A DNA stretch of 61,041 nt, filler included. It is 6 parts of 6 records of this genome, joined end to end, with 100 filler letters (N's around TTAATTAATTAA, not from the genome) between each part and the next. Parts side by side here need not be neighbours in the genome. Positions count along the whole stretch, not along the records: positions 28,367 to 37,714 come from DRR723986_10788; positions 37,815 to 55,219 come from DRR723986_10789; 4 more parts are not named here. One strand, written 5' to 3'. Below are positions 30,192 to 40,348 of this stretch, piece by piece. The notes below the pieces were generated by a model. That model had not been told where the DNA came from. It searched no databases and saw only the letters and a program-made list of their open reading frames with translations. The stretch's first letter is position 1, and each line of letters opens with the position of its first letter. The position numbers and the translations under genes were made by a program.

Positions 30192-31627
30192 TACGCTCCC
30201 ACCTCACTGTGTGCCCCGACATCGCTGGGGCTTGCCAGTGTGCCCTTGATGGCTGTTGCCGCAGCGACAGCCGGCGAGACCAAGTGGGTTCGCCCTCCCT
30301 TGCCCTGGCGTCCCTCAAAATTGCGATTAGACGTGGAGGCGGCGCGCTCACCGGGCGCGAGCTGGTCAGGGTTCATACCCAAGCACATCGAACAGCCAGC
30401 GAATCGCCATTCGCCACCAAATTCCTCGACGATCTTGTCAATGCCCTCGGCTTCCGCCTCGAGGCGCACTCGAGCAGAACCCGGGACCACCATCAACCGG
30501 ATGTGATCAGCTTTTTTCTGGCCCTGGATAATCGAGGCAAACAAACGCAGGTCGTCCAGGCGAGAGTTAGTGCACGAGCCCATGAAGACTGTGTCGATCT
30601 CAATGTCCTTCATCGGGGTTCCCGCGCGCAAATCCATGTATTCCAGGGCTCGAAGCGCCGCGGCTTTGTCATTGGGATCCGCCATCGCTTCGGGATCGGG
30701 GACCCGGTCATTCAACGAAACGCCTTGACCCGGATTAGTTCCCCAGGTGACAAAAGGTTCTAGCTCGTTGGCATCGAGGAATACTTCGGCGTCAAAGGTT
30801 GCCCCTTCGTCGGTGGCCAGAGTGTCCCAGTAGGCCACTGCTGTATCCCAGTCTTCGCCGCTGGGAGCATGGGGGCGACCCTTGAGGTAGTCATAGGTGA
30901 CCTGATCAGGAGCGACCATTCCGGCGCGAGCCCCGGCTTCGATCGACATATTGCAAATCGTCATCCGGCCATCCATCGACAGCGCCCGAATCGCGCTACC
31001 GCGGTACTCCAATACATAGCCTTGGCCACCGCCGGTGCCGATTTTGGCAATCACGGCCAAAATGATGTCCTTGGCCGTGACGCCCGGGCGAAGTTCGCCT
31101 TCGACCGTGATCGCCATGGTCTTAAAGGGCGCCAAGGGCAGCGTTTGCGTGGCCAGGACGTGCTCGACTTCGCTGGTGCCGATACCAAACGCCATCGCGC
31201 CAAAAGCGCCATGGGTCGACGTGTGGGAGTCTCCACACACGACAGTAATTCCCGGCATCGTCAATCCAAGCTGTGGCCCCACCACGTGCACGATGCCCTG
31301 TTCGATATCGCCCAAAGAATGAAGACGAATACCAAATTCTTTCGCGTTGGCCCGCAGAGTTTCAATCTGAATACGACTCGTCGGCTCAGCGATGGGCTTA
31401 TCGATGTTGATCGTGGGTGTGTTGTGATCCTCGGTGGCGATTGTCAGATCAGGCCGACGGACGCTGCGACCAGCGACGCGGAGCCCATCAAACGCCTGGG
31501 GGCTGGTCACTTCGTGCACCAGGTGAAGATCGATATAAATCAGATCGGGTTCACCATTTTCACCCTGAGAGACAAGGTGATCTGCCCAGACTTTTTCCGC
31601 CAAAGTACGCGGAGGGGATGTGCTCAT
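30191..31627 (-). CDS. leuC: 3-isopropylmalate dehydratase large subunit
   Basis: [57 protein letters not shown] before ATG 31627. Confidence 0.97.
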   Translation of the reverse strand: MSTSPPRTLAEKVWADHLVSQGENGEPDLIYIDLHLVHEVTSPQAFDGLRVAGRSVRRPDLTIATEDHNTPTINIDKPIAEPTSRIQIETLRANAKEFGIRLHSLGDIEQGIVHVVGPQLGLTMPGITVVCGDSHTSTHGAFGAMAFGIGTSEVEHVLATQTLPLAPFKTMAITVEGELRPGVTAKDIILAVIAKIGTGGGQGYVLEYRGSAIRALSMDGRMTICNMSIEAGARAGMVAPDQVTYDYLKGRPHAPSGEDWDTAVAYWDTLATDEGATFDAEVFLDANELEPFVTWGTNPGQGVSLNDRVPDPEAMADPNDKAAALRALEYMDLRAGTPMKDIEIDTVFMGSCTNSRLDDLRLFASIIQGQKKADHIRLMVVPGSARVRLEAEAEGIDKIVEEFGGEWRFAGCSMCLGMNPDQLAPGERAASTSNRNFEGRQGKGGRTHLVSPAVAAATAIKGTLASPSDVGAHSEVGA

Positions 31628-31712
31628 CTGGGGCTCCTTCACGACTACTTCATTCACGCCCGTCTCCGGGTCTACTTGAGGCCAAAACCAATGTCCTAGC
31701 GTAACACCGGGC

Positions 31713-32714
31713 CTACTTTTTGCCCCTGAGTGAGCTGAGCTCACGGTCCTTGGCCAAGCGAATCACACTGGCCAGGACGGCAATGGTCATCGCCACCACT
31801 ATGACAATGAGCGACTCCCAGGTCCCCACATCAGGCGCCCAGCCAATGGGGGCACCGCCATTGATAAAGAACACCGCGTTGTCGTGCAGAGCGTGGAAGA
31901 CAAGTTTCATTCCGATGAAGGTCAGGATGAAAGCAATACCCAGGTGGAGGTAGGCGAGCTTGTCGATCAGGCCCCCGAGCAGGAAATACAGCTGGCGCAA
32001 ACCCATCAGGGCAAAAACATTGGCGGTAAAGACGATGAAGGGGCTTTGGGTGATGCCATAAATCGCGGGAATGGAATCCACGGCGAATATCACGTCGGCA
32101 GTGCCAATGGTGAGAAAGACCACCAATACCGGGGTAAATACTTTCTTACCGGCGATGGTGACACGAACTTTCATGCCGTGGAATTCATCCGTCATATCCA
32201 TGTGTCGCATCAAAAAGCTCGTCAGCTTACTGTGGCGCTGCACATCGTCTTCGCGGCCGCTGAAGAACTGCTGAAGACCCACGAACACCAGGAAGGCTCC
32301 AAAAACATAGAAAATCCAGCTGAAACTGGCAATCAGGGCAGCGCCCAAGAGGATGAAGACACCTCTAAAGGCAATGGCCAGCAGAATTCCGATCATCAGA
32401 ACCTGTTGCTGGTTCTTTTTGGGCACCTTAAACGAGGCCATGATCAGCACAAAGACAAACAGGTTGTCTATCGAGAGGGAATACTCCGTGACCCATCCTG
32501 CTAAGAACTCAGAGCCATATTTCTCGCCAGAGAAAACAAACATCAAGCCAGCAAATACCACGGCCAGCGCGACATAAAAACTGACCCATTCCAACGATTC
32601 CTTAACGGAGGGGTGGTGGGGTCGCCACACCACCAAAGCCAAATCAGCGATCAGGATGAGCGAGAGTATCACCAGCGAGGACACTTCAAACCACAGCGGT
32701 AATTGAAAGCCCAC
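31713..32714 (-). CDS. TerC/Alx family metal (Mn) efflux membrane protein
   Basis: [40 protein letters not shown] start after AAGGAG. Confidence 0.92.
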   Translation of the reverse strand: MGFQLPLWFEVSSLVILSLILIADLALVVWRPHHPSVKESLEWVSFYVALAVVFAGLMFVFSGEKYGSEFLAGWVTEYSLSIDNLFVFVLIMASFKVPKKNQQQVLMIGILLAIAFRGVFILLGAALIASFSWIFYVFGAFLVFVGLQQFFSGREDDVQRHSKLTSFLMRHMDMTDEFHGMKVRVTIAGKKVFTPVLVVFLTIGTADVIFAVDSIPAIYGITQSPFIVFTANVFALMGLRQLYFLLGGLIDKLAYLHLGIAFILTFIGMKLVFHALHDNAVFFINGGAPIGWAPDVGTWESLIVIVVAMTIAVLASVIRLAKDRELSSLRGKK

Positions 32715-32761
32715 GCACACTCTCCTTGCCAAGCCTCGGCAACCGAGGCGCCCCTAACGCT

Positions 32762-32799
32762 ACTACGGCCATCAACCCCACAGGGGTGATGGCCGTAGT
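32762..32799 (-). terminator. hairpin downstream of tRNA-Glu (probable terminator)
   Basis: ACTACGGCCATCA...TGATGGCCGTAGT long stem just 3' of the tRNA. No clear U-tract. Confidence 0.6.
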
Positions 32800-32809
32800 G
32801 CTTATCGCG

Positions 32810-32882
32810 TGACCCCAGCGGGATTCGAACCCGCGTTACCGCCGTGAGAGGGCGGCGTACTAGGCCGCTATACGATGGGGCC
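32810..32882 (-). tRNA. tRNA-Glu (CTC)
   Basis: GGCCCCATCGTATAGCGGCCTAGTACGCCGCCCTCTCACGGCGGTAACGCGGGTTCGAATCCCGCTGGGGTCA folds as a cloverleaf with anticodon CTC. CCA not encoded. Confidence 0.96.
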
Positions 32883-32947
32883 GCTTAGTGCAACGAAAGA
32901 AAGTATGCCATCAATCGCCAAGTGGCGCCAACCATGAGAGCCCGGAC

Positions 32948-33853
32948 TTAGGCGTAAATCTGAAGGCCCTGAGGCTCCACGGTGACTTCCAACGGAAGAG
33001 CTCCCAAGGCTTCCCCATCGGCATAGGCAATGACACCGGGGGAATCGAGCTTCACGGAGGTGGCCCTGCGAATCGAGACCCTGGGATCGGTGACATGAGT
33101 GCCGGAAAAAACCCGAGGATAAATGCGCAAAAAGGCTAAGCGCGAGAGCGGTGCCAGGGTAAACACGTCCAAGTGGCCATCCACCACCGAGGCTTCGGGG
33201 GTCACTTTCATTCCACCACCAAAACTGTGGGTATTAGCCACGGCCACCAGAAGATACCGACCCGTTTCTTCCACTCCATCAATGGTGAGGGTGTATGTCA
33301 AGGGACGTAGCTTGGCTAATTCAATCAACAGCGCCAACGTGTAGCGATGGCGGCCCTTGGGAAATCGCAAGCGATTGGCTCGCTCATTCACGATGGCATC
33401 AAACCCACCAGAAAACACGCAGGCAAAGGATCGGGAAAACCCTTCCGCACCGCGAGCCACACCAACATCCATCACGCTCGGCTCCCGATCCAGGGCCTCC
33501 ACCAGATTCTTGGCAGCATCTCGGGGCGAGGCAATGACCAGCCCCAGGTGCCGAGCAAAGTCATTGCCCGTCCCGCTCGGAATAACGCCCAGAGGTACTT
33601 TTTTCTCCCGGGCCACACCCACTCCTAGGTGCACCATCCCATCGCCACCCACAACAACGAGGGCTTTGGTGGTGGGCTTGATGGCATCTCTGGTCAGTTC
33701 CTGAAGGTGTGAAAAACTTTGGGCGCTGAGCGCTTCAACCTGGTAGCCAGCCGCTTCGAGTTCGGCGATGGCAATACCGGCGGCGTCCGCTCTCTTTCCA
33801 AACGACGCAGTGGGATTGATGGCGACAACAAGGTGGCCTGACGACTTAGGCAT
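32948..33853 (-). CDS. diacylglycerol/lipid kinase family (YegS/DAGK-like)
   Basis: INPTAS, VVGGDGMV, IPSGTGNDFAR, SFGGGM, ADGE. Confidence 0.92.
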   Translation of the reverse strand: MPKSSGHLVVAINPTASFGKRADAAGIAIAELEAAGYQVEALSAQSFSHLQELTRDAIKPTTKALVVVGGDGMVHLGVGVAREKKVPLGVIPSGTGNDFARHLGLVIASPRDAAKNLVEALDREPSVMDVGVARGAEGFSRSFACVFSGGFDAIVNERANRLRFPKGRHRYTLALLIELAKLRPLTYTLTIDGVEETGRYLLVAVANTHSFGGGMKVTPEASVVDGHLDVFTLAPLSRLAFLRIYPRVFSGTHVTDPRVSIRRATSVKLDSPGVIAYADGEALGALPLEVTVEPQGLQIYA

Positions 33854-33908
33854 GAGGACACCATTATGTCGCGGCGCCGGGTTAGTCAGGGCAAGAAGAG
33901 GGAATTTG

Positions 33909-33980
33909 CTGGGGTGCCTGGACTCGAACCAAGAACAACTGAACCAGAATCAGCCGTGTTGCCAATTACACCACACCCCA
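33909..33980 (-). tRNA. tRNA-Gln (CTG)
   Basis: TGGGGTGTGGTGTAATTGGCAACACGGCTGATTCTGGTTCAGTTGTTCTTGGTTCGAGTCCAGGCACCCCAG, U1-A72 pair, anticodon CTG. Confidence 0.96.
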
Positions 33981-34029
33981 CTGCATGGGGCGCAAGCCCC
34001 GCGTGAACCGCCCTTAGCTTAGCGCACGC

Positions 34030-35526
34030 CTAGAGCGCCGCGCGAAGACGGCGCAATCGAGCCAGGCTTGACTCACGTCCCAAGACCTCCATCGACTCAA
34101 ACAGCGGTGGGCTGATTCGACGACCAGAGATTGCGACACGAAGCGGACCAAAAGCATGCCGTGGAGAAATCTCCATGGTCTCCACGATGGCGGCGCGAAG
34201 AACGTCCTCCACGGAAGCCGTGTTCCAGGTCTCCAGCCCCTCCAGCGCGGCGATCGCTGCCTCGAGCACCGATGCGGAAGAATCCTGAAGCGTCTTGCGG
34301 GCATCGGCCTCAATCTCGATGGCGTCATCAGCAAGGAACACAAAGCGAATCAAATCCGGAACTTCGCCCAAGAGACCCACGCGCTCTTGAACGTGGGGCA
34401 TGATCTGCGTCAGCTTCGCCATGTCCTCCTCGCTCACGGGTTCACTCAGCACCCCCGCTGATTCCAAATACGGAAGGCTTCGGGCCTGGAAGTCTTCGGG
34501 GCTCAGTAATCGAAGATGGTCCCCGTTGATCGATTCTGCCTTTTTCAGGTCAAAACGTGCCGGGTTGGGATTGACCGAGGTGACGTCGAAGGCAGCGACC
34601 ATTTCGTCCATGGAAAAGACGTCGCGATCCGGCGCTAGGGACCAGCCCAACAAGCTGAGGTAGTTCAGTAAGCCCTCGGCAATAAATCCGCGGTCACGGT
34701 GGTGGAACAAGTTGGATTCCACATCGCGCTTTGAGAGCTTCTTATTGCCCTCCCCCATGACATAGGGCAGGTGAGCGAAGCGAGGAAGGTGATGGGCAAT
34801 GCCCACCTCGCCCAGCGCGTGATACAGGGCTAGCTGTCGCGGAGTGGAGGAGAGCAAGTCTTCCCCGCGCAACACGTGGGTGATGCCCATAAGGGCATCA
34901 TCCAGAGGATTGACGAAGGTGTAGAGGGGTTTGCCACCACCGCGAACAGCAACGAAGTCGATCGTGGAACCCTGCGGAAACGAAACATCGCCGCGAATAA
35001 GGTCACTAAACGATAAGTCCACCTCAGGAACCCGCAAACGAAGTGCCGGTATGCGTCCTTCATCGAGGTATGCCTGGCGCTGTTGTGCACTGAGTTCGCG
35101 CTCATGATTGTCATAGCCCTGCTTGGGGTCGCGTCCGTTGGCCACGTTAATCGCGGCCATTTCCTCCGGCGTCACAAAACTTTCATAGAGGTGGCCGGCC
35201 TGGAGCAAGGTGTCGATCACCTCGGCATAGATATCCCCGCGTAATGATTGCCGGTAAGGCTCGCGGGCCCCGCCCATTTCAGGGCCTTCATCCCAGTTCA
35301 GCCCCAACCAGCGAAGAGCCTCTAAAAGCTGCTGGTAGCTTTCTTCGCTGTCTCTTTCCTGGTCTGTGTCTTCGATGCGCAACACAAAAGCACCCTGGTG
35401 GTGTCGGGCGTATGCCCAGTTAAACAAGGCCGTTCGCACCAGCCCCACATGTGGGGTGCCAGTGGGGGATGGGCAAAAACGAACACGGACATCAGAGCCG
35501 GTGGCATTAGTAACAGAAAGCGTCAT
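34030..35526 (-). CDS. gltX: glutamate--tRNA ligase
   Basis: [13 protein letters not shown] (HIGH-like), [21 protein letters not shown]. Followed by tRNA-Gln and tRNA-Glu. Confidence 0.97.
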   Translation of the reverse strand: MTLSVTNATGSDVRVRFCPSPTGTPHVGLVRTALFNWAYARHHQGAFVLRIEDTDQERDSEESYQQLLEALRWLGLNWDEGPEMGGAREPYRQSLRGDIYAEVIDTLLQAGHLYESFVTPEEMAAINVANGRDPKQGYDNHERELSAQQRQAYLDEGRIPALRLRVPEVDLSFSDLIRGDVSFPQGSTIDFVAVRGGGKPLYTFVNPLDDALMGITHVLRGEDLLSSTPRQLALYHALGEVGIAHHLPRFAHLPYVMGEGNKKLSKRDVESNLFHHRDRGFIAEGLLNYLSLLGWSLAPDRDVFSMDEMVAAFDVTSVNPNPARFDLKKAESINGDHLRLLSPEDFQARSLPYLESAGVLSEPVSEEDMAKLTQIMPHVQERVGLLGEVPDLIRFVFLADDAIEIEADARKTLQDSSASVLEAAIAALEGLETWNTASVEDVLRAAIVETMEISPRHAFGPLRVAISGRRISPPLFESMEVLGRESSLARLRRLRAAL

Positions 35527-35560
35527 GAGGACACCAGTCTAGGAGGTGACAGGCGCGAGC

Positions 35561-36832
35561 CTAGATGTCATAGGTGCTAGGCGAGAGATCACGAAGCTTC
35601 GCGTGTCCGCGACGATGAGCCACCGCCATCGTGAGCGAAATAATCACGACCAGGCTCACCACGACAAAAGACAACCCGCTGTAACCCAAGAAGCTCAGGA
35701 CCACGCCCGCGAGTGCTCCCCCGGTGGCACCGGAGCCACTCATCAACAAATCCGAGACCCCTTGCACTTTCGCCCGTCGTGCGAGTGAGGTTGATTCTGT
35801 CAGCAACGTCGATCCGGCCACCGTCGAAGCGCTCCAGCCCAACCCTAAGAGCACCAGACCGATAACGACCGCGATCTCGTTTTCTGAGCCAAAACCGGTA
35901 AAAGCCAAGCTGATGGCAAAAATAACCTGGCCGATCATGATCGTCGAGATGCGCCCCAGACGATCGGCCAAGATGCCAAAAAGAGGTGCCAAGGCATACA
36001 TGCCGGCAATGTGCAGGGAAATGGTGAACCCCACAATGGCCAGAGAAGCACCATGGTTGACCAAGTGCACCGGCGTCATCGCCATGACCGAGACCATGAC
36101 GGCGTGGGAGAGGGCAATAGCCGCAATGGCCGCGCGTTGAACCTGCGGGCTATCCGGAACGTCTTGTGTTGGTGAAGTGCTGCCGCTGGTGGCTCGAGCG
36201 AGCGCAGCATCTTTGGCCAGGGTGAGTGGATCAGGACGCAGCCCCACGAAATAGACAATCGCGGCACTGAGCTGCGCACCAACAGTGAACACAAAGGGCC
36301 CGGCTAATTCCGGGAGTCCCAGCCAACCACCCAAAATTTCCCCGGGGGTAAGCAAGTTAGGACCAGATACTGCCCCCACTGTGGTGGCCCACACCACGAG
36401 GGAAAGGTCTCGTCCTCGGGTGGCGGGCGCCGCAATATCGGTCGCGGCAAAGCGTGATTGCAAGTTGACGGCCGTTCCGACGCCCACCATCATCAATCCC
36501 ACTAAAAGCAGAATAAAACTGCTCACCACAATGGCGCCGATGACGACGAGCCCGCCCAGTGCGGCCACGCTGGCACCACTGGCGAGCGACAGTGCCCGCC
36601 CTGCACGAGACGCCAGGCTCGCCAGGGGAACCGCCGCCAATGCAGCGCCCAAGGTTGCCATGGTCGCTGCCATTCCTGAAAGCGCATCGGAGCCGCCGAT
36701 GCGACCAGCCAAAATAGCGCCCATGGACAGGGTTGCCCCCATGCCAAGGCCGGCCATGATTTGGCCCAAGATTAAGACAGCGCGAACTTTGCGCTGGGCG
36801 ATTTCTAGCGAAGCATCAGTTTGTGCGGTCAT
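35561..36832 (-). CDS. MFS transporter
   Basis: About 12 TM helices, RFAATD, GILADRLGR motif A. Confidence 0.88.
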   Translation of the reverse strand: MTAQTDASLEIAQRKVRAVLILGQIMAGLGMGATLSMGAILAGRIGGSDALSGMAATMATLGAALAAVPLASLASRAGRALSLASGASVAALGGLVVIGAIVVSSFILLLVGLMMVGVGTAVNLQSRFAATDIAAPATRGRDLSLVVWATTVGAVSGPNLLTPGEILGGWLGLPELAGPFVFTVGAQLSAAIVYFVGLRPDPLTLAKDAALARATSGSTSPTQDVPDSPQVQRAAIAAIALSHAVMVSVMAMTPVHLVNHGASLAIVGFTISLHIAGMYALAPLFGILADRLGRISTIMIGQVIFAISLAFTGFGSENEIAVVIGLVLLGLGWSASTVAGSTLLTESTSLARRAKVQGVSDLLMSGSGATGGALAGVVLSFLGYSGLSFVVVSLVVIISLTMAVAHRRGHAKLRDLSPSTYDI

Positions 36833-37598
36833 CACGATTCTTTGCCGGGTTCGAAAGGGTACCCAGGCCTTCGATGTGAATGTCAATCGTTTGACCATCG
36901 ACGAAACTACCCAGCCCCGAGGGGGTTCCTGTGCAGATGACATCGCCCGGGAGCAACGTCCACACGTCCGAACAAAACTCGATGATTTCGGGTATCGAGT
37001 AAATCAAGTCTTTGGTGCTGCCCTTGCGGCGCAGCTCCCCATCGACATAGGTGGTGATCTCTAAGTCAGAGGGATCAATCTCGGTGTCGATGTAGGGACC
37101 TAGGGGACAAAACGTGTCATAACCCTTAGCTCGCGCCCATTGACCATCGGCAAACATCACATCTCTAGCCGAGACATCGTTGGCAATGGTGAATCCAAAG
37201 ACCACATCGCGCCAGTCCGCCGCTTTCACCCGCTTGGCCACAGAGCCAATGACGATAGCGAGTTCTCCTTCGTGGACGATGCGACCTTCCACCGGGGGAA
37301 TCACAATCGAATCTCCTGGCCCAATCACCGAGGTGTTGGGTTTGAGGAAAATCAGCGGGTTTCCCGAACTCTCGTGATCCATGTCTTTGGCATGCTCGGC
37401 ATAGTTCATCCCCACACAGACCACTTTGGATCGAGGAATCACCGGTGCCAACAGCGTCGCTTTATCCATCGGGACGCGTTGGTCCGTGGGATTTATCCCG
37501 TGATAGAGCGGGTCGCCAGCAAGAACCACCAGGTCATCGCCATCGACGATGCCATAGAGCGGCTCGCCCCCGCTGAGGCTAAACCTTGCGACCTTCAT
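36816..37598 (-). CDS. fumarylacetoacetate hydrolase family protein
   Basis: VGMNYAEH, FLKP, HEGELAIVIG, NDVSARD, KGYDTFCPLGP, GDVICTGTP. Confidence 0.93.
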   Translation of the reverse strand: MKVARFSLSGGEPLYGIVDGDDLVVLAGDPLYHGINPTDQRVPMDKATLLAPVIPRSKVVCVGMNYAEHAKDMDHESSGNPLIFLKPNTSVIGPGDSIVIPPVEGRIVHEGELAIVIGSVAKRVKAADWRDVVFGFTIANDVSARDVMFADGQWARAKGYDTFCPLGPYIDTEIDPSDLEITTYVDGELRRKGSTKDLIYSIPEIIEFCSDVWTLLPGDVICTGTPSGLGSFVDGQTIDIHIEGLGTLSNPAKNRDDRTN

Positions 37599-37604
37599 TA
37601 CTTC

Positions 37605-37610
37605 AGCGTA
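37605..37610 (-). promoter_or_regulatory. -10 element of a probable leaderless transcript
   Basis: TACGCT-N6-ATG directly before the FAH start, with no SD. Typical actinobacterial leaderless geometry. Confidence 0.6.
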
Positions 37611-37618
37611 CCTATCTC

Positions 37619-37714
37619 TTAACCGTTGGGCGCGTCTTGTTTCTTCAAACGCGACGTGATCCGGGCACGCAGATTTTGATCCAGTTCCACCTTGCGAATA
37701 CGCACAATCTCCGG
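37619..37714 (-). CDS. C-terminal fragment of an unidentified gene
   Basis: Open frame PEIVRIRKVELDQNLRARITSRLKKQDAPNG* running from the contig edge. Confidence 0.4.
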   Translation of the reverse strand, partial: PEIVRIRKVELDQNLRARITSRLKKQDAPNG

Positions 37715-37814
37715 NNNNNNNNNNNNNNNNNNNNNNNNNNNNNNNNNNNNNNNNNNNNTTAATTAATTAANNNNNNNNNNNNNNNNNNNNNNNNNNNNNN
37801 NNNNNNNNNNNNNN
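37715..37814. other. artificial contig-joining spacer
   Basis: N44-TTAATTAATTAA-N44. Confidence 0.98.
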
Positions 37815-37874
37815 CCAACTGCCTTCAACGGCATCAGCTGTTTCAATAACTATTTTATGGTCATTGTCGGTCAT
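37815..37874 (-). CDS. N-terminal fragment, possibly 4-hydroxybenzoate polyprenyltransferase (UbiA)
   Basis: MTDNDHKIVIETADAVEGSW. ADA-x-x-x-x-W resembles alphaproteobacterial UbiA N-termini, and ubiA-rsmE-gshA synteny is common in this group. Only 20 codons visible. Confidence 0.4.
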
Positions 37875-37919
37875 GCGTTGTCGCTACGCGTCAGGGCGCG
37901 TCAAGTCAAGGCCATTGGG

Positions 37920-38156
37920 TCACTTGGTCTCACTGTCATTGACGCTCTCAAACTGGAAAACCTTTTCGAGGGGTACCCCAAAAACTTCTGCTATTTGAAA
38001 TGCCACCTCAAGTGACGGTGAATAACGGCCTTGTTCTATCGCGATAACAGTCTGCCGGGTTACGCCAATTTTTTTGGCAAGCGCCGCTTGTGTCATTTCA
38101 TTCGCCATAAACCGCAATGTTCGCACATCATTCGTGATACGGGTTTTTTTTGCCAC
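37920..38156 (-). CDS. XRE/HTH_3 transcriptional regulator
   Basis: MTQAALAKKIGVTRQTVIAIEQGRYSPSLEVAFQIAEVF. Confidence 0.93.
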   Translation of the reverse strand: MAKKTRITNDVRTLRFMANEMTQAALAKKIGVTRQTVIAIEQGRYSPSLEVAFQIAEVFGVPLEKVFQFESVNDSETK

Positions 38157-38170
38157 TGACTTGCCCTCGC

Positions 38171-38617
38171 TTAGAAGCTGCGCCGATAATCAATAATCTT
38201 GAAAATACCTGCGACAGTTTCCGAAAGGATAAGCGCGGCAAGCAACATGTTCGCTGTCCAAAAAGGCCCATTGCCAAATAAAATCATGGCAATTGTAATT
38301 ACAACGCACAGCGCAAGAATACCGCCGCTGATATTCTCGCCTCGCAGCTTAATCAACGTGTCGCGTTCGTCCTCGGCATCATTCAGCTCCCCTTCACTTT
38401 GGTAGGCATGAATGGCAATCGCTATACGCGTAATAATGGAGACAACAATTAGCGCGATAGCCGTTGGAACCAGATACCAGGCAAAGGCTGAAACATCGAT
38501 TGCATTGCCTGCGTTAGGGGCGTCAATTGCAATGTTGACCATTTTAGAAAAATACCACCCATATACCAACACGTTAGCAGTCAGCATGGCCCATATACTT
38601 TTTTCGTGAAAAGACAT
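38171..38617 (-). CDS. 4-TM membrane protein paired with the XRE regulator
   Basis: MSFHEK start, four hydrophobic segments, DERD...I motif, YRR C-terminus. Confidence 0.8.
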   Translation of the reverse strand: MSFHEKSIWAMLTANVLVYGWYFSKMVNIAIDAPNAGNAIDVSAFAWYLVPTAIALIVVSIITRIAIAIHAYQSEGELNDAEDERDTLIKLRGENISGGILALCVVITIAMILFGNGPFWTANMLLAALILSETVAGIFKIIDYRRSF

Positions 38618-38636
38618 GTTAAAATTTTCATCCACA

Positions 38637-38703
38637 ATGTTAAATATTTTTTACATTACTTTACATAGGAAACGATTACCCGGATGTCAAATATTTTTTA
38701 CAT
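38637..38703. promoter_or_regulatory. two near-identical quasi-palindromic operator-like sites
   Basis: ATGTTAAATATTTTTTACAT (38637-38656) and ATGTCAAATATTTTTTACAT (38684-38703), 19/20 identical. Confidence 0.75.
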
Positions 38704-38765
38704 TCATAATAACGATCTTGACAGCAACCAATACCCAAGGCCACATCAAAGTGAGGAGAACCGCT

Positions 38766-39509
38766 GTGCGAGTTAATCATAAGGCCAGATTATTTGTCGA
38801 TGCCAAACTGGAAATGCAAACAGCCATTTCTCTGGACCGCGACCAATCTCATTATCTAGCCAATGTTATGCGAATGCGAGTAAATGAAAAACTTCTGGCA
38901 TTCAATGGCCGAGACGGTGAATGGGCGTGCCAAATAACAGCGGCCGATAAGCGCCAAGTTACCATTGAGCCGCTTGAGAAAACCAAAGAACAGTCTGCCG
39001 AGCCAGACCTTTGGCTTGTTTTTGCGCCGATTAAAAAAGCTCGCTTAGATTTTATCGCGCAAAAAGCCACCGAACTGGGTGTTTCTCATTTGGTGCCGGT
39101 CATGACTCGTCGCACGATTGTCGACAGGGTAAAAACTGACCGCATGAAAGCCAATGCCATTGAAGCCGCTGAACAATGTGAACGGTTGAACATTCCCTCG
39201 GTAGGTGAGCCGCTCAAACTGAATAAACTACTCAACGATTGGCAATCTGATCGCAAAATTATGTTTTGCGATGAAGACCTTAGCGGCACCCCCGCTCACA
39301 TAGCGTTGGCTGAACATGACAACAAAACAAGCCCAGCACCGTGGGCAATTTTCATTGGCCCTGAAGGCGGCTTTGATGAAGCTGAACGTGATATGATCCG
39401 CAGTCACTCTAACTGCGTTACCGTTTCGCTGGGGCCGCGAATTCTGCGCGCTGACACGGCGGCTATGGCAGCTATAAGTTTATGGCAATCTGCTCTGGGC
39501 GATTGGTAA
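38766..39509 (+). CDS. rsmE: 16S rRNA m3U1498 methyltransferase
   Basis: HYLANVMRM, QKATELGV, EAAEQCER, IFIGPEGGF, LGPRILRADTA. GTG start after GAGGAG. Confidence 0.95.
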   Translation: MRVNHKARLFVDAKLEMQTAISLDRDQSHYLANVMRMRVNEKLLAFNGRDGEWACQITAADKRQVTIEPLEKTKEQSAEPDLWLVFAPIKKARLDFIAQKATELGVSHLVPVMTRRTIVDRVKTDRMKANAIEAAEQCERLNIPSVGEPLKLNKLLNDWQSDRKIMFCDEDLSGTPAHIALAEHDNKTSPAPWAIFIGPEGGFDEAERDMIRSHSNCVTVSLGPRILRADTAAMAAISLWQSALGDW

Positions 39510-39653
39510 ATTCTTACCCTAATCGCCCCCTCTATAGGACCAGATTCTAATCTGGTGATGATTATATAGCATTTTAAAAACAAATTTCAGACTATACATG
39601 GTACTATAATCTACATTATAGCAATATTTTAGTATACGGGACTATATATCGCC

Positions 39654-40211
39654 ATGGACGGAGCATTTTGTTTCAGGAACGGTACACAGCTTTCCAACCT
39701 TATCAATGAAACTGGTGCAATCACCCGCGAGCTGGATTGTTGCGGCCACCGCCCAGCCATTGCTGCCCTTTTGAGGCTGGCCATCCCGCATGTTAATGTT
39801 ATGCACGATGATAGCGAACCGTTTAATGAACACGGCTATGCCCGCCAAATGTTGCACACGGACCCCAACGGGAAATTCAGCGTGTTGGCAATTCGCTGGA
39901 ACCCAGGTGCATGCACACCCATTCACGGCCATAATGCCTGGGGCTGCGTTGGCGTGCTGGAGGGTGAAATTGGCTGCGAAACATTTGCCCTTAAGACCTG
40001 CGCTGACCAACCCTGCGTTGCTGAAGCACCCGACCTAACGTCTACCGGAAAGTTGCTGGCAGGTCCGGGCACTGTTGCATCTGTTGACCCTGACCCCTGC
40101 GGCATTCACCGCATTTTCAACCCGACCAACGCGCCCGCAACCACCTTGCATATATACGGCATGGACCTTGGTGAACGCCCAGAAGGTCTCAATAAATGGT
40201 ATCAGCACTAG
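39654..40211 (+). CDS. cysteine dioxygenase family protein
   Basis: YAR, W-x-PG-x-x-TPIHGH, IHRI-x-N, TLHIYG: three-His cupin motifs. Confidence 0.85.
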   Translation: MDGAFCFRNGTQLSNLINETGAITRELDCCGHRPAIAALLRLAIPHVNVMHDDSEPFNEHGYARQMLHTDPNGKFSVLAIRWNPGACTPIHGHNAWGCVGVLEGEIGCETFALKTCADQPCVAEAPDLTSTGKLLAGPGTVASVDPDPCGIHRIFNPTNAPATTLHIYGMDLGERPEGLNKWYQH

Positions 40212-40348
40212 GCATTAACAGGGTTTTTCATGCCGCTGAAGATGCGATGCTTTAGCTCAACTAGCTGTGAACTCACTTTAACTTGCTTGAAAGCTAAGCG
40301 CGGACGCCCTAGGTTCGAATTAATTCGAAGAGCAGGGACTTCGCCTTT

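Noticed and set aside
38616..38765. Upstream extension of rsmE
   Set aside because: It runs through the operator repeats, and GTG 38766 has a GAGGAG SD.
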